A stretch of DNA of 63,751 nucleotides from Paraspadella gotoi (GCA_051294375.1 CM119271.1:11172341-11236091); one strand, 5' to 3'; numbered from the stretch's first letter, positions 26,322 through 40,617 are shown. Notes: generated from the sequence alone by a model not told the origin. Translations and numbers: made by a program.

Positions 26322-27413
26322 ATTATGACTTAAGTAGCTTTAAATGGGGAAGGTGAGAATGAGATGAGGAAAAAAAGTTGTGAGAATAAAATGAAGATTG
26401 GGGAACAAAAATAAATGAAAAGGAAAACTTTGGAAATCAAAACAGAACATATAACAAACCTAGAATTGATAAATATAAAAATTCAAAAATAAAGGAAAGG
26501 CAAACTTTAAAAATCAAAACAGAAATGAGCAAAAAAAAGAGAACTGATAAACCTATTAAAATAAATAAAGTCTTCTCAAAATTAAGGGAAGGAGTGTTTA
26601 AAGAAAAAAATGCTAAGGAAAAAGAAAATAAGTTATTACCGGAAAATAAAAAAAGGAGAAATCAAGAGACAAAAGGAAAAAGAAGAAAAATTTAAAAAAG
26701 TTAAAAAAGTTTAAAAAATTAAGAAAGAGCGAGAGCGAGAGACGCGACAAACGAAACACATGTTGAAAAAAGATGTCGAATTCGGTTGAAAATGATTTGG
26801 ATCCGAATTGAGATTAAATGTGGATGAATGATGACGAGAAAAGAAGAAAAAAATTTTTTTTCTTTTTGTTTTTTTTTTCTTTTTAAACCAAAATATTCTC
26901 TTTTCCCGTTTTTTTTCTTTTTAAATCTTTTTTCCTTTGTTAAAATTCCGATTTTTTTTCAAGTTTCTTAGTTCTTAGTTTCTTAGTTTCTTAGGTTAAA
27001 AAATGTCTACAAGTTGGTATCTTGTGAGAAAATCATTATCCTTTACAAAACGATTTTATTTTTGGCTTTTTACAGCGGCTTTACAACTCAGATACAATCT
27101 TGTTAAAATGTTTTAATATTTCAAGTATTAGTTTGACTTCTGACCTCTTGATCAAAGTTCAAAAAATATAGCTCTAAGTTCAAATATCTAATAATTAATG
27201 TTTAATAAAAGTAACGCCTTTAGTTTCATTCCAAGCTTTTTCCATTTCATTTTTAATTTCCCCAACCTCGAGACAATAATTCCATTTCACAAACGCAACC
27301 TCAACACCAACAGATTTCTCCAACCCACCCTTCCTTCTTCCACTCTATACCAACAAAACCACCCTCCCCCCACTAAACCACCTCCATTCCACTTAAATCC
27401 CACCCGACCCAAC

Positions 27414-27580
27414 CTGCTGCATGAATCCGTATTTGAGAAGATCCACGGCAGTGTCGGATCGGACGCACTCCAACGCCAACACGCGGGAGTCGGAGGCGTC
27501 GTCGGCGTGGCGAATCCAGATGGCGGGTTGAGGCTGTAGCATTCGATCTGGATGGCGGAGCCCAAGGGGACGACGAAGCT
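27414..27580 (-). pseudogene. Inverted copy of exon A with frameshifting single-base indels (probable read-error duplicate)
   Basis: Reverse complement of 21002-21169 with the same splice flanks; 167 nt, with indels in homopolymers. Confidence 0.8.
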
Positions 27581-29118
27581 CTGGTCGGGGTGGGAGTTGA
27601 AGGGTTGGGTAAGTCGAGTGAAGGATAGTTTTGATAAGGACGGAATAATAAGAAATGGGAGCGGAATGATTATTTCAAATGAGATTGAGTTCGGTCAATC
27701 TCGTTTGCATGTTGTACTGTGTTCTGATTAGGTTTGATAAATATTCATTCCAAGAAAAAAACAATCAAAAATGTAAATAAACGAACAACAAGAGAATGAA
27801 TGAAGAGTTGAGTGAACAAACAAATAATAATTGAAGGATGAATGAATGAACGAACAAACAAAACAAAAATTAATGAATCGGTGAATGAATGAATAAAAAA
27901 AATAACAGCGAACCAACGAACGAAAAGAAAAAATGATATGAACTCAACGAATAACTGACGAAGAAATTAACAAACAATGAATGTTATTTATAAAATAAAA
28001 AACAGTAATCGAGACTAAACGATGAACAAATAAGAAGAAATGAACCAACGAATGAAGAAAAGAAAATTAACAAAAATGATGTTATTTTATAAAATTAAAA
28101 AACGACGAACGAATTAACAAACGAATAAATGAATGAATGAAAAAACGAACGATACGATTTTAACAAACGACTTTCTCCCTCACTCACCTGTATATCCCAA
28201 CCTCCTGAAAGACGCCCGATTCCAACAGCCTATTGTTGTTGTTGTAGTTGTTGTTGTTGTCCCGATCGCTGTTCATTTTGTTCCGCGAAATCTAAATTCT
28301 CTTCGCCTCCGCTCCGCAATAGTTCCGGCGTCGTCGCGTCGTCGTCGACGCCAACAAAAGACGACGAAGACGAGCGGCGACCCGCCGGATGCCGAGCGAA
28401 AGCTCGAGAACGCGACGCCGGGACCGCCGGACAGACGGCCGCGGGAGGAATGCGGCGTCGCTCGAACCGTCGACGAAGTCGCCGACGGCGGCGTCCGATT
28501 TTAGCGAGAACGGCGTCGAACGAGCGGGCTTGGCGCGTCCGGTTTTGGAGGAGAGAAAGAGAGAGGGGGCCCCCCCGTTTGGGGAGGCTGTTGTCCGTAA
28601 CGTTGCGGCGCCATGTTTTTGAGGCGAAAGGGCGAGGTTTGGAGGGCGTCAGCCCCGGCGTCGACGTATCCGACGACGAATCCTCTCCGCGAACTCTGGC
28701 GTTTCGCCTGCCCATCATTTCCGAGAAATCCCTTTTTTTTTTTTTGGTTTATTATTTTGTCGCGCGGAGGGAGTTCGGGGGAAAGGGAAGGGGGGGGGTC
28801 GGTGAGGCGTGGCTTTTGGGAAGGACGGAGATAGCCTTGCTCTTTTTTTTTTATTATCTGCGTTTTATTTGCTTTCTTTTTATTTGCTTTTTTTTTTTCT
28901 ATTTTAATTCACATGGGGTTTAGTTTCCTTGGATTTATCTTCTGTTTTCTTTTTTCTTTTTTTTCTTCTTTTTCTGCTTGTCGAAATCTCAGAACGCTTG
29001 ACGGCATCAAAAAACGAGGAGGAGGAGGAGGAGGAGGAGGAAGAGGAGGGGGAATGCTGGGGCAAAGAATCGCCTTTCAACTGAAACAGAGAGAGAGAGG
29101 AGAGAGAGAGAGAGCGAG

Positions 29119-29154
<36 letters not shown>

Positions 29155-29226
29155 GATGCGAAGGTAAAAGCAAAAGGGTAAAAAAAAATTGAGGGGATAT
29201 AAACAAATGATATAGAGCCTTGGTGT

Positions 29227-29315
<89 letters not shown>

Positions 29316-29801
29316 GACAGAGAGAGCGAGCCGGAAACGGCTGGAGTCCAAACCGACAGACTGGGCGCCTTCCTTCGTTTCTGCTACTACCATTTCTCGT
29401 AAGCGGCGATCGTCCTCGCTTTATCGTCGTCGCGTCGTTGTCGTCGTCGTCGTCGTCGTCGTCGTCAATCATCTTCCCTCGTTTCCTTATTTGAGGAATG
29501 AGTATTTTAACTATTGTTCCAAAGATTTTAATTTTCGCTATTCTATAATCCTGGAGGGTAATTTTCTCTTTAATATACTTGGTGACGAATTCTCCGCGAC
29601 GAAAATTATTCTGCGAACGAAATCTTTACTGGAAGAATTGTTTCGTCGCGAGAGAGAGTTTCGAAGAAAAAAAGGGATACCAGATGTCGCTTTGTGGTGG
29701 AAAATGGAAGTCCTTTTGTTTTATCTGAAATGAAAAAAAATTTATAGAATGAAGTTTAGTTAAAAAAGAAAATATGTTGCAAACATAAGATGTCATTAAA
29801 A

Positions 29802-29897
<96 letters not shown>

Positions 29898-31398
29898 TTA
29901 TAAATAAAAGACAGCTAAAACAAAATTTAGCCGTAAAAAATAAAAAAAAAAGTTTTGACATTTAAATTTGATTTGTTTTGTTTTGTATTTTAATGTTTCG
30001 TTGAATTTCTTTTGGCCAAAAAGAATGATGGAATTTGGTCGGAAAACGAATTTTACGAAGCCTAATAACTTTAATTTTTGTCGTTAAATTTCTTCAAAAA
30101 ACTTCCATTTCCCATCTCCCATCTCCAATTCTCCATCTCCCAATCTTTCAATCTTCCACCAATTTCCCATCTCTTATCAATATTATCCCACATCCAATTT
30201 CACATCTCCCAATTTCCCATCTCTTATCAATATTATCCATCTCCCAATCTTCCCATCTCTCTCCCCATCTTCTCGCTGCCCCATCTGTACGACCGTCAAA
30301 ACAAGAGACCAAAATTAGCGACGAAGAAAATGACGCCGAAATTAACGTCCTCGTCGACGGAAGAGAGAGGGTAATGATGATGATGATGATGATGGATGAT
30401 GATCGATGATCGATGATGATGATTGAAGATGATGAACAGATGATGATTATGAGATTATGATGATGAAATAACTGATGATAGAAGATGATGACGAAGATGA
30501 TTGATGATAGAGAAGATGACGACGATTGATGATGACGAAGCTGACGATGATGATGAATAGAACGATGATGATTCTGATGAAGATGAAGATGATTATGACG
30601 ATGATTGATGGATGATGATAATGATGATGATTAAAGATGAAGATGAGATTATGAAAGGTGATACGATGATGACAACCATGAACGACGACCGAATAGACAA
30701 ATGATGATGTCGTAAACGACCGCTTTGGGAGATGCTGGCGACAGACGATTAGTGAGTTAAAGACTGACAAATTGTCATGAACTTTGAGGAAGAAAAAAAA
30801 GACTGTGCCTACAATAAGTATAAGTACTATAAGTAGCAAAAGAACATATTGAAAAGAAAGTCGAAAGTTTAAGACAAGAATCCACAAAGTCAAGGAATCG
30901 AGGGGAAGGTTAAAAGGATAGTCAAGTCAAGGAAGAAGGATTCGAAACGAGATCGATGCAACGACCGTAAGCGAAACAAAATAGCAACAATAAACTGGAC
31001 AATTTTTGATGAAGCAGAAAGGGGACAATTGTATCTGCTAAAGACGCTGGTATCGACGACGAAAACGACGACGAACGACGACGACGAACACCAAACAACT
31101 AAGATCAAGTCGCAGGAAGTAATCTCGAGGAAGTAGATTAATGATGCGGATGGAGAGGACGACGACGCAAACGACGACGACGACGATCCGACGACGAACG
31201 AACGACGACGACGACGACGACGAACGACGACGACCGAACGACGACGACGAACGACGAGCACGAGCCAATGTTGAAAGAGACCCAAAGATCCAGGTTTTTT
31301 TTTTCTTCTCTCTCTCTCTCAACCTCCCCGGTTTTTTTTTTTTCCCCTTTTTAATCCCTATCTTTTTTTTTATCCTCTTTCCTATTCTTAGGCAAAAC

Positions 31399-31474
<76 letters not shown>

Positions 31475-32420
31475 AGAAGAAGAGATAGGGTGCGAAGGAG
31501 AATACGTGAAGAGAGAGGAGGGCAAAGTTTCTTTTCCTGCGGCGGTGGGCGTCGGCTTTGGCGGCGGCGGCAGGCGCGGCGCGGCGGCGAAGCAGGTTGT
31601 GACGTACCGAGAACGAGGAAGATGGCGAATGCGGTGTGGCGCCTTGTCCGTTAGTTAAATTGGAATTGTTGTTTTTTTGTTCGCAGATTGTTTATTTTTT
31701 ATTTACATTTTTGTTTTTATAAAAATAACTAAAGATTAATCACNNNNNNNNNNNNNNNNNNNNNNNNNGAGAGAGAGAGAGAGAGAGAGAGAATGAGAGA
31801 ACTAAATCCGAAACCGGCACCATAGGCGTTGATTGGCCGCATGGACTTCCGTTTTTCGACCAATCAGAATCCTTTACCATTCGCTCGAAAAAAGAGAATT
31901 TTTTGTGATCTGTTAAATGTAAATAAATAAATAAAAGTAATATATAAAAAAAATAAATAAAAGTAATACGTACATATAACAAATTAATAGAACTTGAGTT
32001 CAACGGGAGCTCGACATTAACTAGAAAAAATGAAATGAAATTAAATTAATTTTTTTTATTTAATAAAATAATTAAAACAGAGAATCCAAAATGACATTTT
32101 GACATGAAATGACGTAAAAGACATAATGACATAATAATAAAAAAAAATTCAAAAGATTTTGATGAAAAGGCGTTATCCGTCCGCTAAATCACCCTGTAAC
32201 AATTTAAATAATATCAGGCCCAGGATTTACAACTACACCTAACCCTATTTTAAACCACATATATTTTTCTTACGCAAGAGAAACAAAACAACTAACTACG
32301 TATAAATTGTGAGATTAAAAAAAAAATATCAAGACAAAAAAAAAAAACCATTTGAAAACGAACCAGTGTCGATCTTACTGCGAAATGCAAATTAGATTTA
32401 AATACAAAATATCTTCGCAG

Positions 32421-32555
32421 GGCAACAAATACATGATGGTGATTCGCAACGTGAGCTTCGTCGACTCTGGAATCTACAAATGTTCCAACATCATCACGGC
32501 CAACGTGGATGTCCTAGGCAGACCCTCTTGCAAGCCGGCCGCCTACGAGCTGCAG
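32421..32555 (+). CDS. Ig gene exon B: C-terminal half of V-set domain and start of domain 2 (GNKYMMVIRNVSFVDSGIYKCSNIITANVDVLGRPSCKPAAYELQ)
   Basis: Acceptor tcttcgcAG|, hallmark I.NV...DSG.Y.C motif, donor CAG|GTacgg; 135 nt, phase 0/0. Confidence 0.92.
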
Positions 32556-33625
32556 GTACGGAGAAGGGGGACGGAAAAAGAGGGACGGTCGGTCGGTCGG
32601 TCTAAATGTCCGTCAGACCGTCATTCCGTCGGTATGTCGGTATGTCAGTATGTCTGTCGGACTCTCCTGCGTACCGGCCGCCTGTGAGCATTGAGCAGCG
32701 AGTGGGGATTGGGGTAAGCTCGTTTGAGTTACTCGCCCTTACTTTGCGCCAACCTCAGTCGCCATGACCCGCTACCTCCTTGCACAGAGCGCAGTGTGCA
32801 CAGGTGTGCGCTGCGCAACTTAACGCAACACTGTCTAGCGAAATCTTGATAGAGTAGGAGTAAATTACCTCATTTAAATATTTTTTTTTAAAAAAATGAA
32901 TAGCGAAATAGTAATGGATTATGAATGAAGAATCTTCCAAAAAGAAAACTAATGCTATTTTCTTATTTAAAACGTATTACAGATTAGAAAATAAGTTTTT
33001 GGGTTCTATTAAAAGTTTATGCCCAACAACCCTGCTAAAGTTTTTCATCACCTCGACCTTCGTTCACTGGATTTAAACTAGACATTAGTAACATTTGTAA
33101 CATTATTAACATTAGTAACATTTGTAACAAAATAGATTTAAACAAGTAATATATATATATTTACCATGGAATAAGTTTTGTTTCAAAATTAGGTTTAGTT
33201 TTAAGATTTAGTGATGACTTGGGACTGAGGTTCAGGATTAGATGAAAGCATCGGATTTGGGGCGCTTTTGGAAAATAGCGCCGACATTTTGATATCGAAA
33301 TCGAACTCGGAATATCGGACATAAAAAAAAATACGCAAAGAAAACTCATTCATTTTTCACGAATTTAAAAAAAAAAAACAAAAACAAAAATAAATAAGAA
33401 GCAAAACCTCAAATTTAAAAGAAATAAAAAAGAAGACTAATAATCTTATTTTTTTCTAAACTGAAAATCCTAAGGAAAAAAATATGGCGGGAAAATTGGA
33501 TTTCAATTCGCGCCGAAACTCGTCGCCCCCTCTCCCCCCCCCCGCGGACGGGCGCCGCCTCCGAGAAAGAGGAAAGAGCTAGAGAGGAGAGAGAGAGAGA
33601 GAGAGAGAGAGTAGAGAGAGAGGAG

Positions 33626-33665
<40 letters not shown>

Positions 33666-34332
33666 AACGCGCGGGTTTTATGAAAGTTTCGAGCTCCCGA
33701 TTAATAAAAATCCTTGCGTATTTAGGATTGGAAACGGCAAAGCTAGCGTGTTCCGTGCTCTCTCTCTCTTCTCTCGTCACATTGCTCTGCTGCTCTCATC
33801 ACAGTCTCTGTCTCTCGTTCTCGTCTCTCTCTCTGTTGTCTCTTGCTCTCTCCAGCTCTCTCGAGATTATCTCTCGTCTCTCTTGTCGTCTGCGTCTCAT
33901 CTCTGCTCGCGTCCTCTCGTCGTTTTCTGTGTGGAGTACGGTATTTTCTTTCTCCATCTTGCTCTTTGCTGCCCTATTATGTAGATGCCCTGCCCTGCTT
34001 GCCTCCTCTCTCTTGCTCATCGTCTCTCTCGTCTCTGTCTCTCATCTGCTCTTCTATCGTTCTGCTCCTCTCTCTTTATTTTATTTTACTCTTGCTGTCA
34101 TTCACGTGCGCCGTTAAATTTGCGTCTGTCTGTCTGTCTGTTGTCTGTCAGTCAGTCAGTCTCTGTCCTGCTCTGTCCGTATTTTTCCGCTCCCCTTTTC
34201 ACTCCGGATAAATCGAGGGCAAGAAAGGAAAAGGTGAAAAAAAAAAATAATTCGCCATAAAAATTCCCACAACTTTTTGCCTGGATGCGGGCGAATTTTC
34301 TCTTTTTCTCCTTTACGTTTGTGGAGCGAGGA

Positions 34333-34390
<58 letters not shown>

Positions 34391-35989
34391 GAGATGAGAG
34401 AGAGAGAGAGATTTTTTATGGTTCAATTTTATTTCCACGTTCCTCTATCGACTACGAGGGGCCTTAGTTGTTGGAATTTTTCATCAAGGTTTTTTGTCCC
34501 GATCGGCTTTAGTTCTTTTCCTTTTGCCCTCGATCTGCTTCATTTTTCCCCCGATCGGCTTTCGTTTTCTTTTTGCCCTTGATATGCTTCATTTTTTTTC
34601 CTGATCGGCTTTCGTTCTTATCTTTTATCCTCAATATGCTTCTTTTTTTTTCAGTTCCACTTTCATTCTAATCTTTTTGCCTTCGATGTTTCATTTTCCC
34701 CCCAATTGGCTTTCTCTTTTTTTCTTGTCGGCTTTTGTTTCTTTTTATTTTTCTCCCGATAGGTTTCGTTCTTTTCTTTTGGATACCGATATTCTTTTTT
34801 AAATTATTTTTTCTTCTTATATACTGTTGACTTTCATACATACTACGAATTTTCTTTTTCCTCTCTAATCATTTTTTTTATCTGAAAGTAGTTCCTTTTT
34901 TTCCTTATCTTCCTTTTTCTTTTTTTTCCTTATCTTCCTTTTCTTCACGAAGGAATTCCTTTTATTTTCAAAGTCGTAACGTCTCTCGTTTTCAATATGG
35001 CGGCAACGACGACGACGTCGACGAAGAAGAAGAAGAAGAAGAAGAAGAAGAAGACGACATCTCCTTGTTGCCAGAGAAAAACCGTGGTAGACCTGGCTAG
35101 ACCTGGCTAGACCTGGCTCGACCCGCCCTAAGATTAAGAGAAATTAGACTCTTTACTCTTAATTTGTTCGTTCATAAGACTTACTTTTTTTAATCTTTAA
35201 ATTTCTTCGGTGAGTTTAAATTCGTAAAAGATACGCCTATTATTCAAGGTAGTATTTTCTGAAAGCTGCCCATTTCTGTTCCCTTCATCCCTGAACTTTA
35301 TTTTAACCCAAATATTTAAACGTAATCTCTTTTAAAATTTATTACCTAATCCCTAACTAGTCCCTTACCCTATCTCTTCACCCTAACCTTATCCGAATTT
35401 CCTAACCTCATCCCTAACCCTAATCCCTAACCTAATTTTTCTACCCAAATTCTGAATTGGGGCGCTTTTGAATAATTTGGCCTCATTAAATTGGTTCTAA
35501 TTTTATTATCCCTAACCGTCGGTTAGCAACCACTCTCTCCGAAATTATAATCATTATCATAACCAATTTCATAACCGAGACACATTTTACACAGTCGTCC
35601 CGACATAAAACCAGATCTTTATCCCGTTCCCACTGTAACACGCTCGCTCCGGCGAAACTTCCTTCATTTCGATTCAAAATCGTGAGACGAAAATTTCGCG
35701 ATAAACGAGACCGAATATGGATTCAGACGATGGGGAAAATAACTTGAACGGGAGGGAATCAGATGACGGTGTACTTATTTTGAAAGGAGGGAGGCAGATA
35801 ACGGTGAAATTATTTAAAAAGCAAAGATTCAGATGATGGCGGAATTATTTCGAAAAGAGGGAATCAGGCGAATTAAAAATCCATCTCTCAAGAACCGATT
35901 TACTCAAATTCTATAAATCAATCTCAAAATATGTATTCAAATTCCAAATTACTTATAAAAAATATTTTAAATATAAAGGACAAATCACA

Positions 35990-36145
35990 AATCCCTCTTC
36001 AAAATTTGAGAATGCAAAAATTGCAAATCTCTCCTTCCAAATCTAAAATCCCTCTTCCAAAATTTAAAATCCTTCCTCCCAAATCTAAAATCCTTCCTCC
36101 CAAATCTAAAACCCCTCCTCTCAAATCTAAAATCCTTCCTCCCAA
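35990..36145. repeat. 21-bp minisatellite (caaatctaaaatccttcctcc) x ~6-7
   Basis: Directly visible; it explains the PKSKILP repeat ORF. Confidence 0.85.
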
Positions 36146-37676
36146 AAATCCATCGCCCCCCTCCGGGTCCCGACTCGAGAATGGGCCCCGAACGCGCATA
36201 AGACTTTTTCCGCGACAATTTCTTCTCTTTTCATCGAACAGAAGAAAATTCTCGTCTCCTCCTTCGGTCGTAAAAGACGACGACGACGAAGACGACGACG
36301 ACGACGACGAGGATGACAACGACGACGACGACGACGACGACGACGAAGATACAGTCGATGACAAAAGGCACCACGTCTACGTCTCCACGATGACAACGAC
36401 GACCGTGATGACAATGAGAATAATTGAACAAGAATGGGGATGATTACGACAACGACCTGACGACGACGAGGACGACGACAACGACGACCTGACGACAACG
36501 ACGACGACGACGACCGTCCCGCGAAATCATAAAGTTGTTTCCTTTTTTTTCCTTTTTTTTCTTTTTTTTGATCCACCTCCTCCCCTCATCTTCAATTTTA
36601 TAGTTTCCCTCCCATTCGATTCCTCCCCAATTTTCACCCACCCACAAATTTGTGACGTCGCCCTCCACTTCTGGTTTATAATATCTTTGTTCGCTCCATC
36701 TGAACTTCCCCTTTTTTTTTCTTCCTTTATTATTTTTTATTATTTGTTTGCTCTGTTTTCTTTTCAGAAAAAAAAAAAAAAAAATTTTGACTTACATTTT
36801 AGCATTTCTAACCGTAATCGCATTTCCCTGTCTTTTTACCATCCGGGCACTATTTCCTACAAGCTCCCCAATTCCGTTCAGTATTCTTGAACCTAACTTT
36901 TAACCCTAATCGTTAACCTTAATTACCGATCCTAATTCCTAGCCTTATCTCCCTACCTTAAACCCTGACCCTTACCCTAACCCCGTCTATAAACGTAAAA
37001 ATTAATTTAATTATGAGTTTTAATAACTAAAATAAATTGGTCCATTTGTCGGTTTAAAATTTACCGCTGCGCAATATATTTTTGTTTTATTTTATTTCAC
37101 CAGTTATATGGTTCATCGCTTATACTATTCACAAAAAGTATCATTTTTTACGTCTTTTTTTGTTTTTATATTTTTAAATGATTTTTTTAAGCTCCAATAA
37201 TCATTATTATTTACTCCTAAAAAATAAAAACTGAAATAAAACACTTTTGAAAACACGATGACGCATTCTCCCGTCTATCTCCCTTTCCTTTCCCCCCCTC
37301 TCCCGCGTTCCCTCGCTTCCCCCCTTTCCTCCCTCCCCCTGACTTCCTCCCCCCTCCTCTCCCCCCTTCCCCAAAAAACTTTCGCGCTTGACGAACGGCA
37401 ACAGTCGCCAGGCCGTTCGTCAGGCGTCCGTCAGGGAGCGTCGCGACGTCTTCCCTTCTTCCTACGCGTCGGCATACGAATTGTGGCAATTTCCCGTTTT
37501 TCATCTCGATTTTTTCATCGGCCGTCGTCGACGACGCCGATCTTTTCTCGGCGCCGCCGACGACAACTTCCGGCCGAGTTCCGTCGCGATGTTTTTATGT
37601 CGTTTTGATTTTCGAAGACTTTCGCGTCTGTCTATCTTTCTAGTTTTTTCTTACTATCTTTTTCTCTGTATCCGTC

Positions 37677-37760
<84 letters not shown>

Positions 37761-38011
37761 TTTCTTTGTATCCATCTCTATCTTTCTTTCGATCTCTTTC
37801 TTTCTATCGAATGGCATCGATTTGGTCCTATTTGTCGAAATGCCATCTAGCGACGAAATGCCATCTTGCGACGAAATGCCATCTAGCGACGACGGTATTA
37901 GATCTGTTTCGTCGATTGTAGTGGAGCTTTTGGAGGAAAATTGAATGGAGCCTCTCTCTCTCTCTTCTCTCTCTCCTTCTCCTCTCTTTTCTCTCTCTCT
38001 CTCTCTCTGTA

Positions 38012-38043
<32 letters not shown>

Positions 38044-38269
38044 CTCTCTCTATTTGTCTCGCTCTAGTATTTCCTTAAAAAAAGAAAAGAAAAGAAAAAG
38101 AAAGAAAAGAAAGAAAGAAAAGAAAAGAAAAGAAAAGAAATAAGAAAAGAAAAGAAAAGAAAAGCAAAGCAAAGCTCCACCTTCCTCATCAGTTACCTTT
38201 TTTTATGGTCTCGAGAAAATTTCGCGCTCGAAAGAATTTGACCTCAAGACGATTATTTTTCCCGCGTCA

Positions 38270-38473
38270 CTCCATCAATCAAATGGTGGTGATTAACTCC
38301 ATCAACCAGTACTCCTGTGAATAACTCCATCAGTTAACGAAACACCAATAAACTCCATCAAACGGCACTCCTGTAAATAACTTCATCTGTTAACGAAACA
38401 CTAATCTACTCCATCAACCAGCACTCCTGTGAATAACTCCATCAGCTCACGAAACACTAATCCACTCCATCAA
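38270..38473. repeat. ~56-bp minisatellite built from actccatca sub-repeats, x ~3.5
   Basis: Recurrent actccatcaaccag.actcctgtgaataactccatcag.t.acgaaacac.aat. Confidence 0.85.
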
Positions 38474-39804
38474 AATCACTCTCAACATCAAATAACCACT
38501 CCAATCACCCACAACACCATCGTTCACCCATGCATAACCCACTCCAAGAAACCACCTAATTCACCACCCAAAAACCCCTCGCTCCACTAACATAGAACCA
38601 ACGACGAAAATCCCGCCGCTGTCGCCGCCGCCGCCGCCACCGACGATAACGCCACCTCTTTCATCAGCGATCCAACCCACCGCGGCCGCCGCAGCCGCAG
38701 CCGCCGCCGCCGCCTACGACGCCGCCGTCACAGCTTAATATCCCTTCATAAATCAAGACGCGGAAACCGTCTCTGCCGACGCAGACGCCAAAGTGGAACA
38801 AACCGGAATTTGCGTCGGCAGCGGCGGCGGAGGCGGCGGCGTCTTTAGTCTTCAGCGTCGATTAGGACGTCGTCGTCGTTATCGTCGTCGTTGTCGTCGT
38901 CCTTCGTCCCATCAGATCTTCTTTGCCTCTTGGCTCATCTTACTTCAATATTTTTGCCTCAACTGCGAGTGATGGATAGCATTTCTTCAAAGCTCTGAAC
39001 CTCTTTAATAGTAGGGGTTTTATTTTTTTAAACACGTGACTTATAATACCACACAAGAGTAAATAAAATAGAAAAAATACTGTAAAGTTTCTCTGATGCT
39101 TAAGCATTATTATCGAATTTGATGTAAGCATTAATTTTTTTTTTTTTCTGAACGAGAGAAAATAATCGGAAGAGTGGAAGTAAATTTTTTACAAAACGAA
39201 ACTCAATGACGATACAATAATATCAATTTGAAAGACGAGATTCAAACGTTTAAGGGATATAATTAATATTAACGATAAGTTATTTTTTATAATTATTTAA
39301 AAAAAGACATTGACGATGGGAATGACTCAATACAATAATTCATCCTATGATAGAATTTTAGATTAATTTGTCTTGGAAGAAAAATATGTACTTATGAAAT
39401 TAACTGACTAACCCGCTAATAAACTTTAATAAAAGAAGTTAAAGATTTTTATAAAAAGCTCAGTATTTTTTGGAAAAACAATAATAAAAATCAAAACAAC
39501 AAATTTCTTCGCTGAATCCTAGAGATGTAAACTATATTTCGGTGAAAGTCATGAGAATAAAGTCATACCTGTGGTACTACAAAATGCAAATGAGATTAAA
39601 GTAAAGCGAATAATTTTTTAGGCGCGTGCCGACATAAGAAGCTTACTTTTTCTTCCCGCTCATGATATTTAAACAAAATTATCAATTATAAATTATTATT
39701 AAATTCTCGTACGTCATAACGTTGGCCGTTTTCATCATATTTAAGCAATGTATGAGAAATTGTATTTATATAATAAAACTTTAAAAAAATATTATACTTT
39801 TAAG

Positions 39805-39880
39805 GAAAACGAGGAAGCGTCATTTTCTTGCGAAGTCGTTTCCGCGGGAAGGACTCGGCCAGAGTTGACTTGGCTCAAGG
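39805..39880 (+). CDS. Ig gene exon C: first half of C2-like domain (ENEEASFSCEVVSAGRTRPELTWLKG)
   Basis: Acceptor tacttttaAG|, perfect donor G|GTAAGT, 76 nt, phase 0/1; C...P.LTW motif. Confidence 0.92.
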
Positions 39881-40307
39881 GTAAGTTATGTTCTGTTCCA
39901 TCGCAGGGGTCAGGGGGTTCTTATTGTTAGTTTAATATAAACATTTTTTTATTAATTTATGAGGAAATATTTTAAATAAAGAAAATTTTTTATATGAACT
40001 GGGTAAGAGGAATTGATTTCAGCCATTGATAATTACAGAAAATATTTTTTTTTAATTTAATCACATTTTCTTTTATAAAAAGATACAATTCAATTTTTGA
40101 CAAAGACTAGAAAAGTAGTTTTTAAATTAACATTTTTTTTCATGAAAACTTTTCATCAATATATACGACCTTTTATGAATTAATTATCGAAATTATTTTT
40201 TAAAAAATGAAATCAATTTAACTCAGAAATTACGGTTTCAAAAAAAAAAAAAGAAATATGCATGTAGTTAGGTTCACCCCGCCTAAAATCATGACACTTT
40301 CAGTTGT

Positions 40308-40538
40308 GACCCGTTGGCTCATTGAGTAAAGCCATCAGCTCATGACCACTAGGTACCGGGTTCAATCCCAACCCGGTACCTTCCCTGCGGGAAGCGTGAG
40401 GACGGCCGTAAGCCGCCTTGGGGGCGTGGAAAACCCTCAAGCCTGGTTCCAAGCCCAGGGACCCGTTCCCTGGCTGCAAGAGGGGGTTATAGAAGTTACG
40501 GATAGTCATCTTCAGCCCACGTAGCGCCTTATCCACAT
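40308..40538 (+). mobile_element. tRNA-derived SINE, best-preserved copy
   Basis: A-box-like TGGCTCATTGAG (40315-40326), CTCATGA loop, B-box GGTTCAATCC (40359-40368), and a ~160 nt body shared with two other copies in the window. Confidence 0.8.
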
Positions 40539-40617
40539 GCATATATTTTTTTTAAAAAAAGAAGAAGGAAAAATCACTCCCCCCCTCGCAACTCCCCACC
40601 CCCTCTCCTCACCCCAG

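Larger units (their letters stand above)
25200..31743 (-). repeat. Right arm of ~6.5 kb inverted duplication (ends at a 25-N gap)
   Basis: See left arm; this arm carries an extra LTR plus the TRIM core. Confidence 0.9.

Noticed and set aside
32367-32420. Longer 5' extension of exon B (…RFKYKISSQ)
   Set aside because: Exon A already supplies the equivalent strand (KYGFMQQ) and ends in phase 0, fitting the 32421 acceptor; the 32396 acceptor would be out of phase.
32787-32838. Helitron 3' end (gcgcag..ctgcgc hairpin followed by CTAG)
   Set aside because: The hairpin-to-CTAG spacing is long, there is no matching 5' end or second copy, and it could equally be a CAGTGTT-type TIR on the minus strand; unsupported.
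40308-40380. Functional tRNA-Met gene (CAT loop)
   Set aside because: Anticodon and acceptor stems do not pair properly, and it continues into a repeated body; it is a SINE head.
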